Positions 1-12,412 of a stretch of DNA of 64,000 nt are shown here, in pieces. Each line of letters begins with the position of its first letter. The first letter of the stretch is position 1. Where the stretch lies: the NCBI GenBank assembly GCA_964016885.1, contig OZ024766.1, forward strand, positions 19,530,001 to 19,594,000. The letters run 5' to 3'. The notes under the pieces were generated by a model. That model searched no databases. It saw only the letters and a list, made by a program, of their open reading frames with translations, and was not told the DNA's origin. The translations under genes were made by a program, and so were the position numbers. This DNA comes from Eledone cirrhosa. Lineage: Eukaryota.

Positions 1-349
1 TCTCTCCAATGTAAGCAGTGATATTCCACGATGCTCTATAAACTATATCCTTCTAACTCTTGGGAGGTCTGCTCTATAGCCTTTACCCAAGAACTTCATT
101 CTTATATGACATTCTAACATGGTAATTGTCTGAGACCTGAGATGTGTAACTTGACAGTTCCTTGTGTAACAGTTCTTTCTACCTGGAAGGGGAAAATTGT
201 TGTGTAATTGCTTGGTAACAGTCAAAGGATTCTCACACATGGCAACCCTAGGCACCCCAATAACATGACTTGTGTTAGGCTTGTAGACACAATTAGTGGG
301 AATTTTTATTCCTAGGGATTACATAATTTTAGCGCTATTTTTTTTTTTT

Positions 350-420
350 CTGTTTGGATGCCTTTCCACTCATCAACCACTTTACAGCAAGGACTGGGTG
401 TATTGTTTGTGTCACTAGAG
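350..420 (-). mobile_element. Old degenerate SINE fragment present in every unit
   Basis: ggatgcctttccactcatcaaccactttacagc..ctgggtg resembles the ggatgcccttcctaacaccaacc..ttacagtg..ctgggtgc core of the younger SINEs at 18764, 47412 and (reverse complement) 60790. Confidence 0.55.
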
Positions 421-445
421 AGGTTATTTTAATGGTCTTAAGCTC

Positions 446-2145
<1,700 letters not shown>

Positions 2146-2280
2146 AAATTTCACCAGAGATAGAAAACCAGAATTAGTCATTTAGTTTACACAATGAGAC
2201 CACAACCCATCCTATTTATTTTAAATGGGTGGGGTGAATTAAGAGTGGGGTGGTGGTGTAAAAAATCTGAAAATTAAATG

Positions 2281-2434
2281 AGTGAGGGTGGGGGAAAATT
2301 ATTTGAGACCAAAGTGAGGGTGGGGGAAAATTATTTGAGACCTAAACGAGGGTAGGGGACAATTATTTGAGACCAAAGTGAGGGTGGGGAACGATTACAT
2401 CAGAAAAAAGTGAGGGTGGGGGACAATTATTTGA
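2281..2434 (+). repeat. G-rich ~32-bp tandem repeat (agtgagggtgggggaaaattatttgagaccaa), copy number varies by unit
   Basis: Direct reading; also at about 10861, 19084, 25884, 32540, 39545, 45404, 53954. Confidence 0.9.
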
Positions 2435-3375
2435 GCTACACACACATCTACTGAGTTACACACACATCTACAGAGCTACACACACATCTACTGAGTTACA
2501 TACACATCTACTGAGTTACACACACATCTACTTAGTTACACACACATCTACTGAGTTACATACACATCTACTGAGTTACATACACATCTAGTGAGTTACA
2601 TACACATCTAGTGAGTTACACACACATCTACTTAGTTACACACACATCTACTTAGTTACACACACATCAACTTAGTTACACACACATCTACTTAGTTACA
2701 CACACATCTACTGAGTTACATACACATCTACTGAGTTATACACACATCTACTGAGTTACACACTCATCTGAGTTATACACACATCTACTGAGTTATACAC
2801 ACATCTGAGTTAAACACACATCTACTGAGTTATACCCATATCTACTGAGTTACATACACATCTACTGAGTTACACACACATCTTCTGATTTACACACACA
2901 TCGGAGTTACATACACATCTACTGAGTTACACACACATCTACTGAGTTACACACACATCTACTGAGTTATACAGACATCTACTGATTGACACACACATCG
3001 GAGTTACATACACATCTACTGAGTTACACACACATCTACTGATTTACACACACATCTACTGAGTTACAACACATCTACTGAGTTATACACACATCTACTG
3101 AGTTATACACATCTACTGAGTTACACACACATCTACTGAGTTATACACATCTACTGAGTTACACACATCTACTGAGTTATACACACATCTACTGTGTTAT
3201 ATACACATGTACATAGTTATACACACATCTACAGAGTTACACACACATCTACTGAGTTATACACACATCTACTGAGTTACACACACATCTACAGAGTTAT
3301 ACACACATCTACTGAGTTACACACACATCTACTGAGTTACACACACATCTACTGAGTTACACACACATCTACTCA
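2435..3375 (+). repeat. 20-bp minisatellite (ctactgagttacacacacat)n
   Basis: Direct reading; homologous arrays at about 10950-11313, 19270-19570, 26069-26365, 32661-33304, 39633-40043, 45492-45934, 54074-54633. Confidence 0.95.
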
Positions 3376-4011
3376 TACATTTTTATAAATAGAGACATTA
3401 TACAAAATAATTATTATATACACTCACATCTATGAATGATTGAGGAAGAGCTGGTGAAACACTATAGCAATATGTGTTTCACCCCTTTTGGTTTTACCGG
3501 CTACATAGCCTATCCGTATTCTTATATCAGATGTGTAGGTGTATTATCTTGTCTAGTATGTATAATGTATGTATGTATATATACAATATATATACACATA
3601 TATATATATGCACATATACATATATATATACACATATATTTATACTTTATATATATATATATATATACTTTATATATATAAAGTATATAAATATTTAGAC
3701 AGAAAATACGGGAAAAATTAGTCAGAAATATTTTAAATATAAAACAGAATAAATTAATGAAAGAAACGTAAAACAGATAAAAATTGTTGAAATACCTTGA
3801 AAATATAAAATATAGAAGAAAGAGACAGGAATTGATTGAGTTTGAAGTAAATTAATGAATGAACGAAAGTAGGTGGGGCAGGAACAGGAAGTAAAGACAG
3901 TAGAGTCTCGCAGTGAATGGTAAGGTTTAGAGTAAGAATTATTTTGTTCCTGGTTGTATAAATAACATTACAAATATCGCAAATATAAAATAGATAAAAA
4001 TATATATACGT

Positions 4012-4051
<40 letters not shown>

Positions 4052-4869
4052 ACACCAGGTCCGAAAAAGATATAGAGAAAGTACAGGTTCGCAGTGAATA
4101 TCTTAAGAATTATTTTATTCCTGGTTGTATAAATAACATTACAAATATCAAGTAGATAAAAAAATATATACGTACACATATATATATATATATTTTATAT
4201 AAATATGTATATATATATTTTATATATATATATATATATATGAAAAAGTAAGTCCTTCGTCAGTGGCCATCCAACCGTACTAGGCATTTCATCACATTAA
4301 GGGCCATATACCTCAGGTTGGTGCGAACAACGGCTAAAAAAAGTCGTTGGGACACGTAAATAAAGGGGACGCTAGGGTGAACAAACAAAATGGTTTAAGC
4401 AACAGAAAGTGAGAAGAAATAGACAAGTCCCAGATCTCTATGAATATAAACTCGGTGAAATCGTGAACGAGACAATAAAGACCATCAAACCTGGTTGAAA
4501 TGTGAGCAAGGAAGGAATTTCGCACAGGTCTAACGGGAGGAAGAAGGGGTCTGGTCTGCGAATTCGGTAAACATAAGTTCTGTGAAGACGCAGACGAGAG
4601 AGAGAGAGAGAGAGAAAAGAATTCATACCGGCTTGGCCAAGAGCCCGCGAGAAAAGAATTCGGACAGGTCAAACGGGAAGATAGAGGAGGAGGAGGAGAG
4701 GTAGTGACAGGGTATGAGTGAGTGAAAGTTGAGGAAGAGGCTAACAGAGAGAGAGAGACTGCTAGAAAGGGTAAAGATACAAAGAACGAAACAGACGGGT
4801 GGCAGCAGAGGAAAAAATATATGTGTAAATCTGATAATAATGGAGCTACGGCGCTGCAAATGGGTTACA

Positions 4870-5064
4870 TATGAAAAAGTTTGTCCTTCATCAGTGGTCT
4901 TCCAACCATCCAAGGCATTTCATCGCTTTAAAGGCCATATACCTCAGGTTGGTGCAAACAACGGCAGGTCCAAAAAAGATATAGAGAAAGTACAGGTTCG
5001 CAGTGAATATCTCAAGAATTGTTTCATTCCTAGTTTTGTAAATAACATTACAAATTATAGTTAG
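4870..5064 (+). mobile_element. Degenerate LINE ORF2 C-terminus; shorter decayed copies are locally repeated 2-4 times in most units
   Basis: VRSEYLKNCFIPSFVN resembles the RTxRxKNSFxP C-terminal motif of L2/CR1/Rex1-group LINEs; gcagtgaat..aagaattatttt.ttcct.gtt..aaataacattacaaat recurs (e.g. 3910, 4090). Confidence 0.45.
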
Positions 5065-5129
5065 ATGAAAAATGTGGAGTAGTAAATATATATATACATA
5101 CACATAAATATGTGTATATATACACATAA

Positions 5130-5164
<35 letters not shown>

Positions 5165-5168
<4 letters not shown>

Positions 5169-5608
5169 TACCAATGAATACAGTGAAGAATTTAGTATAA
5201 AAGTTGGTGTTCATCAAGGCTCTGTCCTTAGCCCCCTCCTATTTATTATTGCTCTTCAGGCTAAAACAGAGGAGTTTAAGACTGGCTGCCCATGGGAACT
5301 TCTATACACAGATGATCTAACAGCTGAACTAGATAAGAAATTCCAAACATGGAAGCATGGCCTAGAATCAAAAGGCCTTAAAGTTAACTTGACTAAGACT
5401 AAAGTTCTAGTTTGTAGGAATGAAAATAGGGCACAGGTACCCTCTGGGAAATGGCCATGTTCAGTGTATAGGAAAGGAGTAGGTAGAAATTCCATTTTAT
5501 CTCCCAAATACAAACTATGGGTACATAACAGACGTACTGGGAACACAGGCCAGCTATCTAAGAACGTAGGTTTTATATGTGGCTGATGCTCAGGTGCAAT
5601 AAGTAGCA
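5165..5608 (+). mobile_element. RTE-clade LINE RT fragment with a PHD-like Cys cluster, degenerate
   Basis: GVHQGSVLSPLLF, ELLYTDDL (YADD), GLKVNLTKTK, WPCSVCRKGVGRNSILC..LWVH; copies at about 13720-14163, 20573-21017, 27377-27821, 34334-34777, 40921-41365, 60981-61377; absent from unit 7. Confidence 0.85.
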
Positions 5609-5997
5609 AGTTCCAGACGTCGGACCTTCAATGTATCCATACCCAGGGAGGCAAGGCATTCAGAGTATGGTAGATGGTTGATGGAGCGTATTCACTTGGT
5701 TGCACGTCTCTAAACAATTTCCAGATCAATGATCTGAGCAAGACAGGGGTTCCAGACTGGTGATGCAAATTCTAAGTGTGGCCGCACCATAGCTATTTAC
5801 AGCTTTAAATAGATAAATGCATGGTCGTACACTTGTACACAGCCAGCTTGAGTTGCAAGTCCGTGGTCCATTGCTGCATTGTATCCAGATCTAGTGTTCA
5901 GGATCTGTCCTTTTTATCTTAATAGACAGCTTGATGTCATCTGCATATTTCAGTACTGTGACATACTTTAAGTTGCCATCTATGTCATTAATAGATG
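5609..5997 (-). mobile_element. CR1-like LINE RT fragment, degenerate with internal deletion
   Basis: Manual minus-strand translation across frameshifts: INDIDGNLKYVTVLKYADDIKL, DLDTMQQWTTD.QLKLAVYKCTTMH, RPHLEFASPVWNP, RRATK, LPYSE.LASLGMDTLKVRRL; copies at about 14164-14546, 21018-21414, 27822-28215, 34778-35171, 41366-41760, 61378-61774. Confidence 0.85.
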
Positions 5998-6634
5998 TGT
6001 AACGGAATTCTCCTATAAATTACCTGGCGAAGATTCAAAACCGAATCTAAGAGTTCTCGCATCTGGGACCACCTATCGTTGCGAGTTTCCCACCATTGTC
6101 CTGTCAAGAGACAACAATGATGAACATACATGCCACTTGACCTGTGACCCCAGCTTCAAGATAGCTGAAACTCACATGGCTACTCATAAATCAACCCTGT
6201 ATACACATCCTTCTAGCTATAGGGTTATTATAAATACAAGTACAAAGGGAATCCAGCAGCCAGACCACGAAGCAGTAGTCCTTAAGAGAATAATGATGTG
6301 AAACATTCACATTCTACAGACCTCTTGGGGTCTACAGACTTCTACTGACCTTTTACTCTATCTCTCTCTCCTGGCCTTACTAGCTCTCACCTTCTCGGCC
6401 ACAGACTACACCACCAAACAAGAGAGACCGAAGCACCAGTCCTTGAGAGGAATGAGAAATACTAAGGATACACACACACTCAGTAGGTTTCATTATACTG
6501 TTTACTACTGTGTTTTATCTATTCTTTTGTCTTCCCATTGAATTACTTCTAGTGTATAGTTGTATTCATACATACATACACGCTAGCTCGAAGTAGCTAG
6601 TCAGCAAATTGATGTAGTGATAATTCCTGTCACA
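5998..6634. mobile_element. Candidate solo LTR (~635 bp, TG...CA with short terminal inverted repeats)
   Basis: Starts TGTAACGGAATT, ends AATTCCTGTCACA; internal TATAAAT; copies 14547-15177, 21415-22045, 28216-28834, 35172-35805, 41761-42407, 49086-49667 (left-truncated), 61775-62411; no TSD seen. Confidence 0.5.
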
Positions 6635-7009
6635 AATTTTTATTACTTGATATTCAATGTAGCAACAAGTTAATATTGTTATTGTAACATAAACATTGTC
6701 AACATCACAATTCGGGCATTATTCTTTTTATCATTCATACACAAAAGAATACATTTATCCACTACATATGCAACAAACAAAAGGGGACACAAATTTCTAC
6801 ACACATACATTCACATATATATAGCGTGTGTAAATTCTGAACGATACAGATTTGTCAGCACAAGTCTTGGTTACAACTTCTACAAATAAAATGAAAGGAG
6901 AAGAATTTCTTAGTAAAACAGTTTTATTCAAAATATTAACATTGGTGGCACTATTTTGGGTGAGTGATATGGTTTTTATCTTGTCTGAAAGTAATCTTTA
7001 CAAGAGAAT

Positions 7010-7430
7010 GATTTAACAGAATGATTTAACAGACATAACAGTGATATAGTTCCTCTCCTGTATATGTTAATGTGTAGTGAAGCCCCAACATTTAGACAAT
7101 GATTTACCACAGACATCACAGTGATATGGTTCCTCTCCTGTATATGTTAGTGTCTAGTGAAGCCACAACATTTAGAGACTGATTTACTGCAGACATTACA
7201 GTGATATGATTTCTCTCCTGTAAATGTTAGTGTCTAGTGAAGCCACAATATTTAGAGAATGATTTCCCCCAGATATCACAGTGATATGGTTTATCTCCTG
7301 TATGTATATGCTTGTGTCTAGTTGAACAAGCTATCATGGATAACAATTTGCCACAAATATTACTGTGATTGGCTTTTCTCCAGTATATATATGTTTGTAT
7401 GAAGTTAAGTAGCAATGAAAGAGAATAGCA
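7010..7430 (-). pseudogene. Degenerate zinc fingers downstream of gene A stop (two decayed fingers + 3 x 80-bp dead-finger repeats)
   Basis: Translates to HCDxCGKSxSKCCGFTRH* with a stop and 80-bp (frameshifting) period. Confidence 0.8.
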
Positions 7431-7503
7431 CAGTGGCCTGGCTTCTCATATGAATGTATTTGTGTTTAATTCACCATTGTCAGACAATGAGATATTTTTT
7501 GGG

Positions 7504-8781
7504 TTATGGGTTCTCAGTCATATGGGTACGTTTGTGTCTAGTTAAGGTACCACCTTCAGTGAATGATTTACCACAGATATCACAGTGGTGTGGCTTGTCT
7601 CCTGTATGGGTACGTAAGTGTTTAGTTAAGTTACTTCTTTCAGTGAATGATATACCACAGGTATCACAGTGGTATGGCTTGTCTCCTGTATGTATACGTT
7701 TGTGTCTAGTTAATGTACCATTTATAAAGAATGATTTACCACAGATATCACAGTGGTATGGCTTGTCTCCTGTATGGGTACGTAAGTGTGAAGTTAAGTT
7801 ACTACTATCAGAGAATGATTTACCACAGATATCACAGTGGTATGGCTTGTCTCCTGTATGTATACGTTTGTGTTTAGTTAAGGTACTACTAACAGAGAAT
7901 GATATACCACAGATATCACAGTGGTATGGCTTGTCCCCTGTATGTATACGTATGTGTGTAGTTAAGTGACTACTATCAGAGAATGATTTACCACAGATAT
8001 CACAGAGGTGTGGCTTCTCTCCTGTATGTATACGTTTGTGGGAAGTTAAGTGGCTACTTTGAGAGAATGATTTACCACAGATTTCACAGTGGTATGGCTT
8101 GTCTGCTGTATGTATATGTTTGTGTTTAGTTAAGTGACTACTATCAGAGAATGATATACCACAGATATCACAGTGGTATGGCTTGTCTCCTGTATGTATA
8201 CGTTTGTGTCTAGTTAAGGTACTACTTCGAGAGAATGATTTACCACAGATACCACAGTGGTGTGGCTTCTCTCCTGTATGCATACGTTTGTGGCAAGTTA
8301 ACTGACCACTTTGAGAGAATGATTTACCACAGATATCGCAGTGGTATGGCTTGTCTCCTGTATGTATACGTTTGTGTGGAATTAACTGACCATTTCGAGA
8401 GAATGATTTACCACAGATTTCGCAGTGGTATGGCTTGTCTCCTGTATGTATACGTTTGTGGCAAGTTAAGTGGCTACTTTGAGAGAATGATTTACCACAG
8501 ATATCGCATTGGTATGGCTTGTCTCCTGTATGGGTACGTTTGTGTGGAATTAACTGACCACTTCCAGAGAATGATTTACCACAGATTTCGCAGTGGTATG
8601 GCTTGTCTCCTGTATGTATACGTATGTGTCTAGTTAAGTTACTACTTATATAGAATGATTTACCACAGATATCACAGTGATATGGTTTCTCTCCTCTAGA
8701 CTTTGGCACCTCTTCTGGAATAGCCATATCTCTAGACAATGTTTCACATTTAATCTTCTTTTCACTCAATTTAGTTTCCAT
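7504..8781 (-). CDS. C2H2 zinc-finger protein A, 425 aa, 32-aa leader + 14 fingers
   Basis: Open ORF of CxxC-x12-HxxxH repeats with TGD/EKPY linkers, 84-bp period; aacATGG start with an in-frame upstream stop. Confidence 0.95.
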   Translation of the reverse strand: METKLSEKKIKCETLSRDMAIPEEVPKSRGEKPYHCDICGKSFYISSNLTRHIRIHTGDKPYHCEICGKSFSGSGQLIPHKRTHTGDKPYQCDICGKSFSQSSHLTCHKRIHTGDKPYHCEICGKSFSRNGQLIPHKRIHTGDKPYHCDICGKSFSQSGQLTCHKRMHTGEKPHHCGICGKSFSRSSTLTRHKRIHTGDKPYHCDICGISFSDSSHLTKHKHIHTADKPYHCEICGKSFSQSSHLTSHKRIHTGEKPHLCDICGKSFSDSSHLTTHIRIHTGDKPYHCDICGISFSVSSTLTKHKRIHTGDKPYHCDICGKSFSDSSNLTSHLRTHTGDKPYHCDICGKSFFINGTLTRHKRIHTGDKPYHCDTCGISFTERSNLTKHLRTHTGDKPHHCDICGKSFTEGGTLTRHKRTHMTENP

Positions 8782-9156
8782 GTTTCTTCTTCCCTTGGCA
8801 GAATTTACAGATGTTATTCTTGTCTTATTTTATATATTATATTCCTGAAGATATTTCTTCAGCTATATTTCCGGCAACGGTGATCTCAGTCAAGATCTGA
8901 AGATGATGCAAACTTCTTTCTGATCCAAGTTTAGTTAAGATTCAAAATCATCTTGTAAATATTTCAGATGCTGATGAAACAATTCTTTTCCAAGACACAC
9001 AGTTCTGAGGAAATATCTCACAGTAATTCTGCCATAGATTTAAATAAACAGTGTTATATGAGTTCCTTATCAAAAGCTTTAGTCTTGAAATGATGATAAA
9101 TAGAGGGGATGTATTCAAGATTAAAAAATTATTTTATCCCAATGTCATCTGATATT

Positions 9157-9176
9157 CTGAAATAAGAAAGAAACAG
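9157..9176 (-). promoter_or_regulatory. Candidate 3' splice acceptor of the ZNF coding exon
   Basis: Minus strand ctgtttctttcttatttcAG|AATATC; invariant at 18028, 24830, 31736, 38745, 44594, 53071. Confidence 0.65.
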
Positions 9177-9706
9177 TATGAGATAATAGAGAATACTTTA
9201 GAAACAGAGATAGATTTAATGATAAACTGTAGATATCAACTTTCCTGTCCAGAGTTATTCTCTCCAATGTAAGCAGTGATATTCCATGATGCTCTATAAA
9301 CTATATCCTTCTAACTTTTGGGAGGTCTGCCCTATACCCTTTACCCAAGAACTTCACTCTTATATGACATTCTAACATGGTAATTGTCTGAGACCTGAGA
9401 TGTGTAACCTGACAGTTCCTTGAGTAACAGTTCTTTCTACCTGGAAGGGGAAAAGTGCTGTGTAATTGCTTGGTAACAGTCAAAGGATTCTCACACATGG
9501 CTACCCTAGGCACCCCAATAACATGACTTGTGTTAGGCTTGTAGACACAATTAGTAGGAATTTATATTCGTAGGGATTACATAATTTTAGCACTATTTTT
9601 TATCTTTTCTGTTTGGATGCCTTTCCTCTCATCAACCACTTTACAGCAAGGACTGGGTGTACTGTTTGTGACACTAGAGAGGTTATTTTAATGGTCTTAA
9701 GAGCTC

Positions 9707-9769
<63 letters not shown>

Positions 9770-9823
9770 CATATAGATTTCACCAGAGATAGAAAACGAG
9801 AAGTAATCATTTGCTTACATAAT

Positions 9824-10010
9824 TGTTTCTACTTTAGGCACAAGGCCAGCAATTACCCAGTGCATTACTGGTACTTTATTTTATCGACCCCCGTAAGGAT
9901 GAGAGGCAAAGTTAACCTCGGCGGGATTTGAACTCAGATCGTAAAGGGACGTAACTATGCTAGAAAGCATGGCGTCCAACCCTCTACCGACACTGCCACT
10001 ACACCGCCCC
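9824..10010 (-). mobile_element. tRNA-headed SINE with a Nin/Deu-like central domain and 18-bp TSD
   Basis: Minus strand GGGGCGGTG start, A box TGGCAGTGTCGG, B box GAGTTCAAATCC, gaggttaactttgcctctcatcc..ggtcgataaaataaagtaccag; TSD atcatttgcttacataat at 9806-9823 and 10011-10028. Confidence 0.9.
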
Positions 10011-10282
10011 ATCATTTGCTTACATAATGAGGCCCCAACCCATCCTGACTTGTGTTAGGCTTGTAGACACAATTAGTGGGAATTTTTATTCGTAGGGATC
10101 ACATAATTTTAGCGTTATTTTTTTTCTTTTCTGTTTGGATGCCTTTCCTCTCATCAACCACTTTACAGCAAGGACTGGGTGTATTATTTGTGGCACTAGA
10201 GAGGTTATTTTAATGGTCTTAAGAGCTCATATATATACATATATATACATATGTATAAATATTTATATATCTATACATATAT

Positions 10283-10707
10283 ATCATCATTTTCATCATT
10301 TTCATTTTACGTCCGCTTTTCCCTGCTTGCAAGGGTGGGACGGGTCTTATTCAGCACAGCATCTCTCCACTCGTCACGGTCCCTCGTCATCTCCACCGTG
10401 AGCTTCAATGATCTGAGGTCTGTTCTCACCACCTCCGCCCATGTTTTACGTGGTCTACCTCTACCACGTCTTCCTTCAACTGGCATTTCCTGGCACTTCT
10501 TCACCCATCGGTCAACCTCCATGCGCATCACATGTCCATACCACCTCAGTCTCCTCTCCCGTACACTACATTCTATCCCTCTCAGACACAGTTTCTCTCT
10601 CAACACATTTATGCTGGGTCGTTCACGCACATTTACACTGCACATCCAACGGAGCATGCTTGCCTCATTTCTCTCCAGCCGTCGCATATCTTCTGCAGTT
10701 GCTGCCC
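10283..10707 (-). mobile_element. 5'-truncated RTE LINE 3' end with (ATG)n-type tail, inserted in a (TA)n tract
   Basis: Open ORF2 C-terminus MLRWMC..RRLRWYGHVMRM..GRGRPRKTW; absent from other units. Confidence 0.92.
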
Positions 10708-11360
10708 ATATATATATATATACATATAAATTTCACCAGATAGAAAACCAGAATTAGTCATTTAGTTTACATATTGAGACCCCAACCCATCCTATTTATT
10801 TTAAATGGGTGGGGTGAATTAAGAGTGGGGTGGTGGTGTAAAAAATCTGAAAATTAAATGAGTGAGGGTGGGGGAAAATTATTTGAGACCTAAGCGAGGG
10901 TAGGGGACAATTATTTGAGTCCAAAGTGAGGGTGGTGGACAGTTATTTGAGCTACACACACATCTACTAAGTTATACACACATCTGAGTTATATACATCT
11001 ACTGAGTTACACACACATCTACTGAGTTACATACACATCTGAGTTACATACACATCTACTGAGTTACACACACATCTACTGAGTTACATACACATCTGAG
11101 TTACACACACATCTACTGAGTTACACACACATCTACTGAGTTACACACACATCTACTGAGTTACATACACATCTGAGTTACACACACATCTACTGAGTTA
11201 CACACACATCTACAGAGTTATACACACATCTACTGAGTTACACACATCTACTGAGTTATACACACACCTACAGAGTTACACACACATCTACTGAGTTATA
11301 CACACATCTACTCATACATATTTATAAATAGACACATTATACAAAATAATTATTATATAC

Positions 11361-11425
11361 ACTCACATCTATGAATGATTGAGGAAGAGCTGGTGAAACA
11401 CTATAGCAATATGTGTTTCACCCCT
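11361..11425 (-). promoter_or_regulatory. Candidate non-coding 5' exon end / splice donor with adjacent 10-bp hairpin
   Basis: Minus strand ATAGAT|GTGAGT at 11366 (also 3427, 45986, 54685; GTGTGT in the other units); GGTGAAACAC..GTGTTTCACC stem nearby. Confidence 0.35.
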
Positions 11426-11588
11426 TTTGGTTTTACCGGCTACATAGCCTATCCGTATTCTTATATCAGATGTGAAGGTGTATTATCTTGTCTAGTATGT
11501 ATAATGTATGTATACAATATATATACACACATATATTTATATATACTTTATATATATATATATACTTTATATATATATATACATACTT

Positions 11589-11628
<40 letters not shown>

Positions 11629-11970
11629 TTTATATATATAAAGTATATAAATATTTAGGCAGAAAATACGGGAAAAATTAGTCAGAAATATTTTAAATAT
11701 AAAACGGAATAAATTAATGAAAGAAACGTAAAACAGATAAAAGTTGTTGAAATACCTTGAAAATATAAAATATAGAAGAAAGAGACAGGAATTGATTGAG
11801 TTTGAAGTAAATTAATGAATGAACGAAAGTAGGTGTGGCAGGAACAGGAAATAAAGACAGTAGAGTCTCGCAGTGAATGGTAAGGTTTAGAGTAAGAATT
11901 ATTTTATTCCTGGTTGTATAAATAACATTACAAATTATACTGATACGAATAATGTGCTGTAGAATATATA

Positions 11971-12010
<40 letters not shown>

Positions 12011-12135
12011 GTCCGAACAGCAAGTACAGTCTCGCAGTGAATGGTAAGTGTTAGAGTAAGAATTATTTTATTCCTGGTTGTATTAATAACATTACAAATA
12101 TCACAAATATCAAATAGATAAAAATATATATACGT

Positions 12136-12168
<33 letters not shown>

Positions 12169-12412
12169 AATATATACACACACACCAGGGCCGAAAAAGA
12201 CATAGAGAAAGTACAGGTTCGCAGTGAATATCTCAAGAATTATTTTATTCCTAGTTTTGTAAATAACATTACAAATTATACTTAGACGAAGAATGTGGAG
12301 TAGTAAATATATATATATATACACATAAATATGTGTATATATATATATATATATACATACACATAAATATGTGTATATATATATACACATAAATATGTGT
12401 ATATATATATAT

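Noticed and set aside
43-255. 70-aa ORF MPRVAMCENP.. conserved in all 8 units
   Set aside because: GTG start and conservation explained by recent duplication; the adjacent frame reads HRGISLL, suggesting a decayed LINE RT in the putative intron
2435-3375. Regular short repeats resembling a CRISPR array
   Set aside because: Contiguous 20-bp units without unique spacers, no cas genes, eukaryotic context
7454-7969. Plus-strand ORFs antisense to the ZNF genes (..[12 protein letters not shown]..)
   Set aside because: Known by-product of C2H2 repeat codon structure
9940-10010. tRNA gene
   Set aside because: A/B boxes belong to a SINE head with body and TSD; no cloverleaf seen
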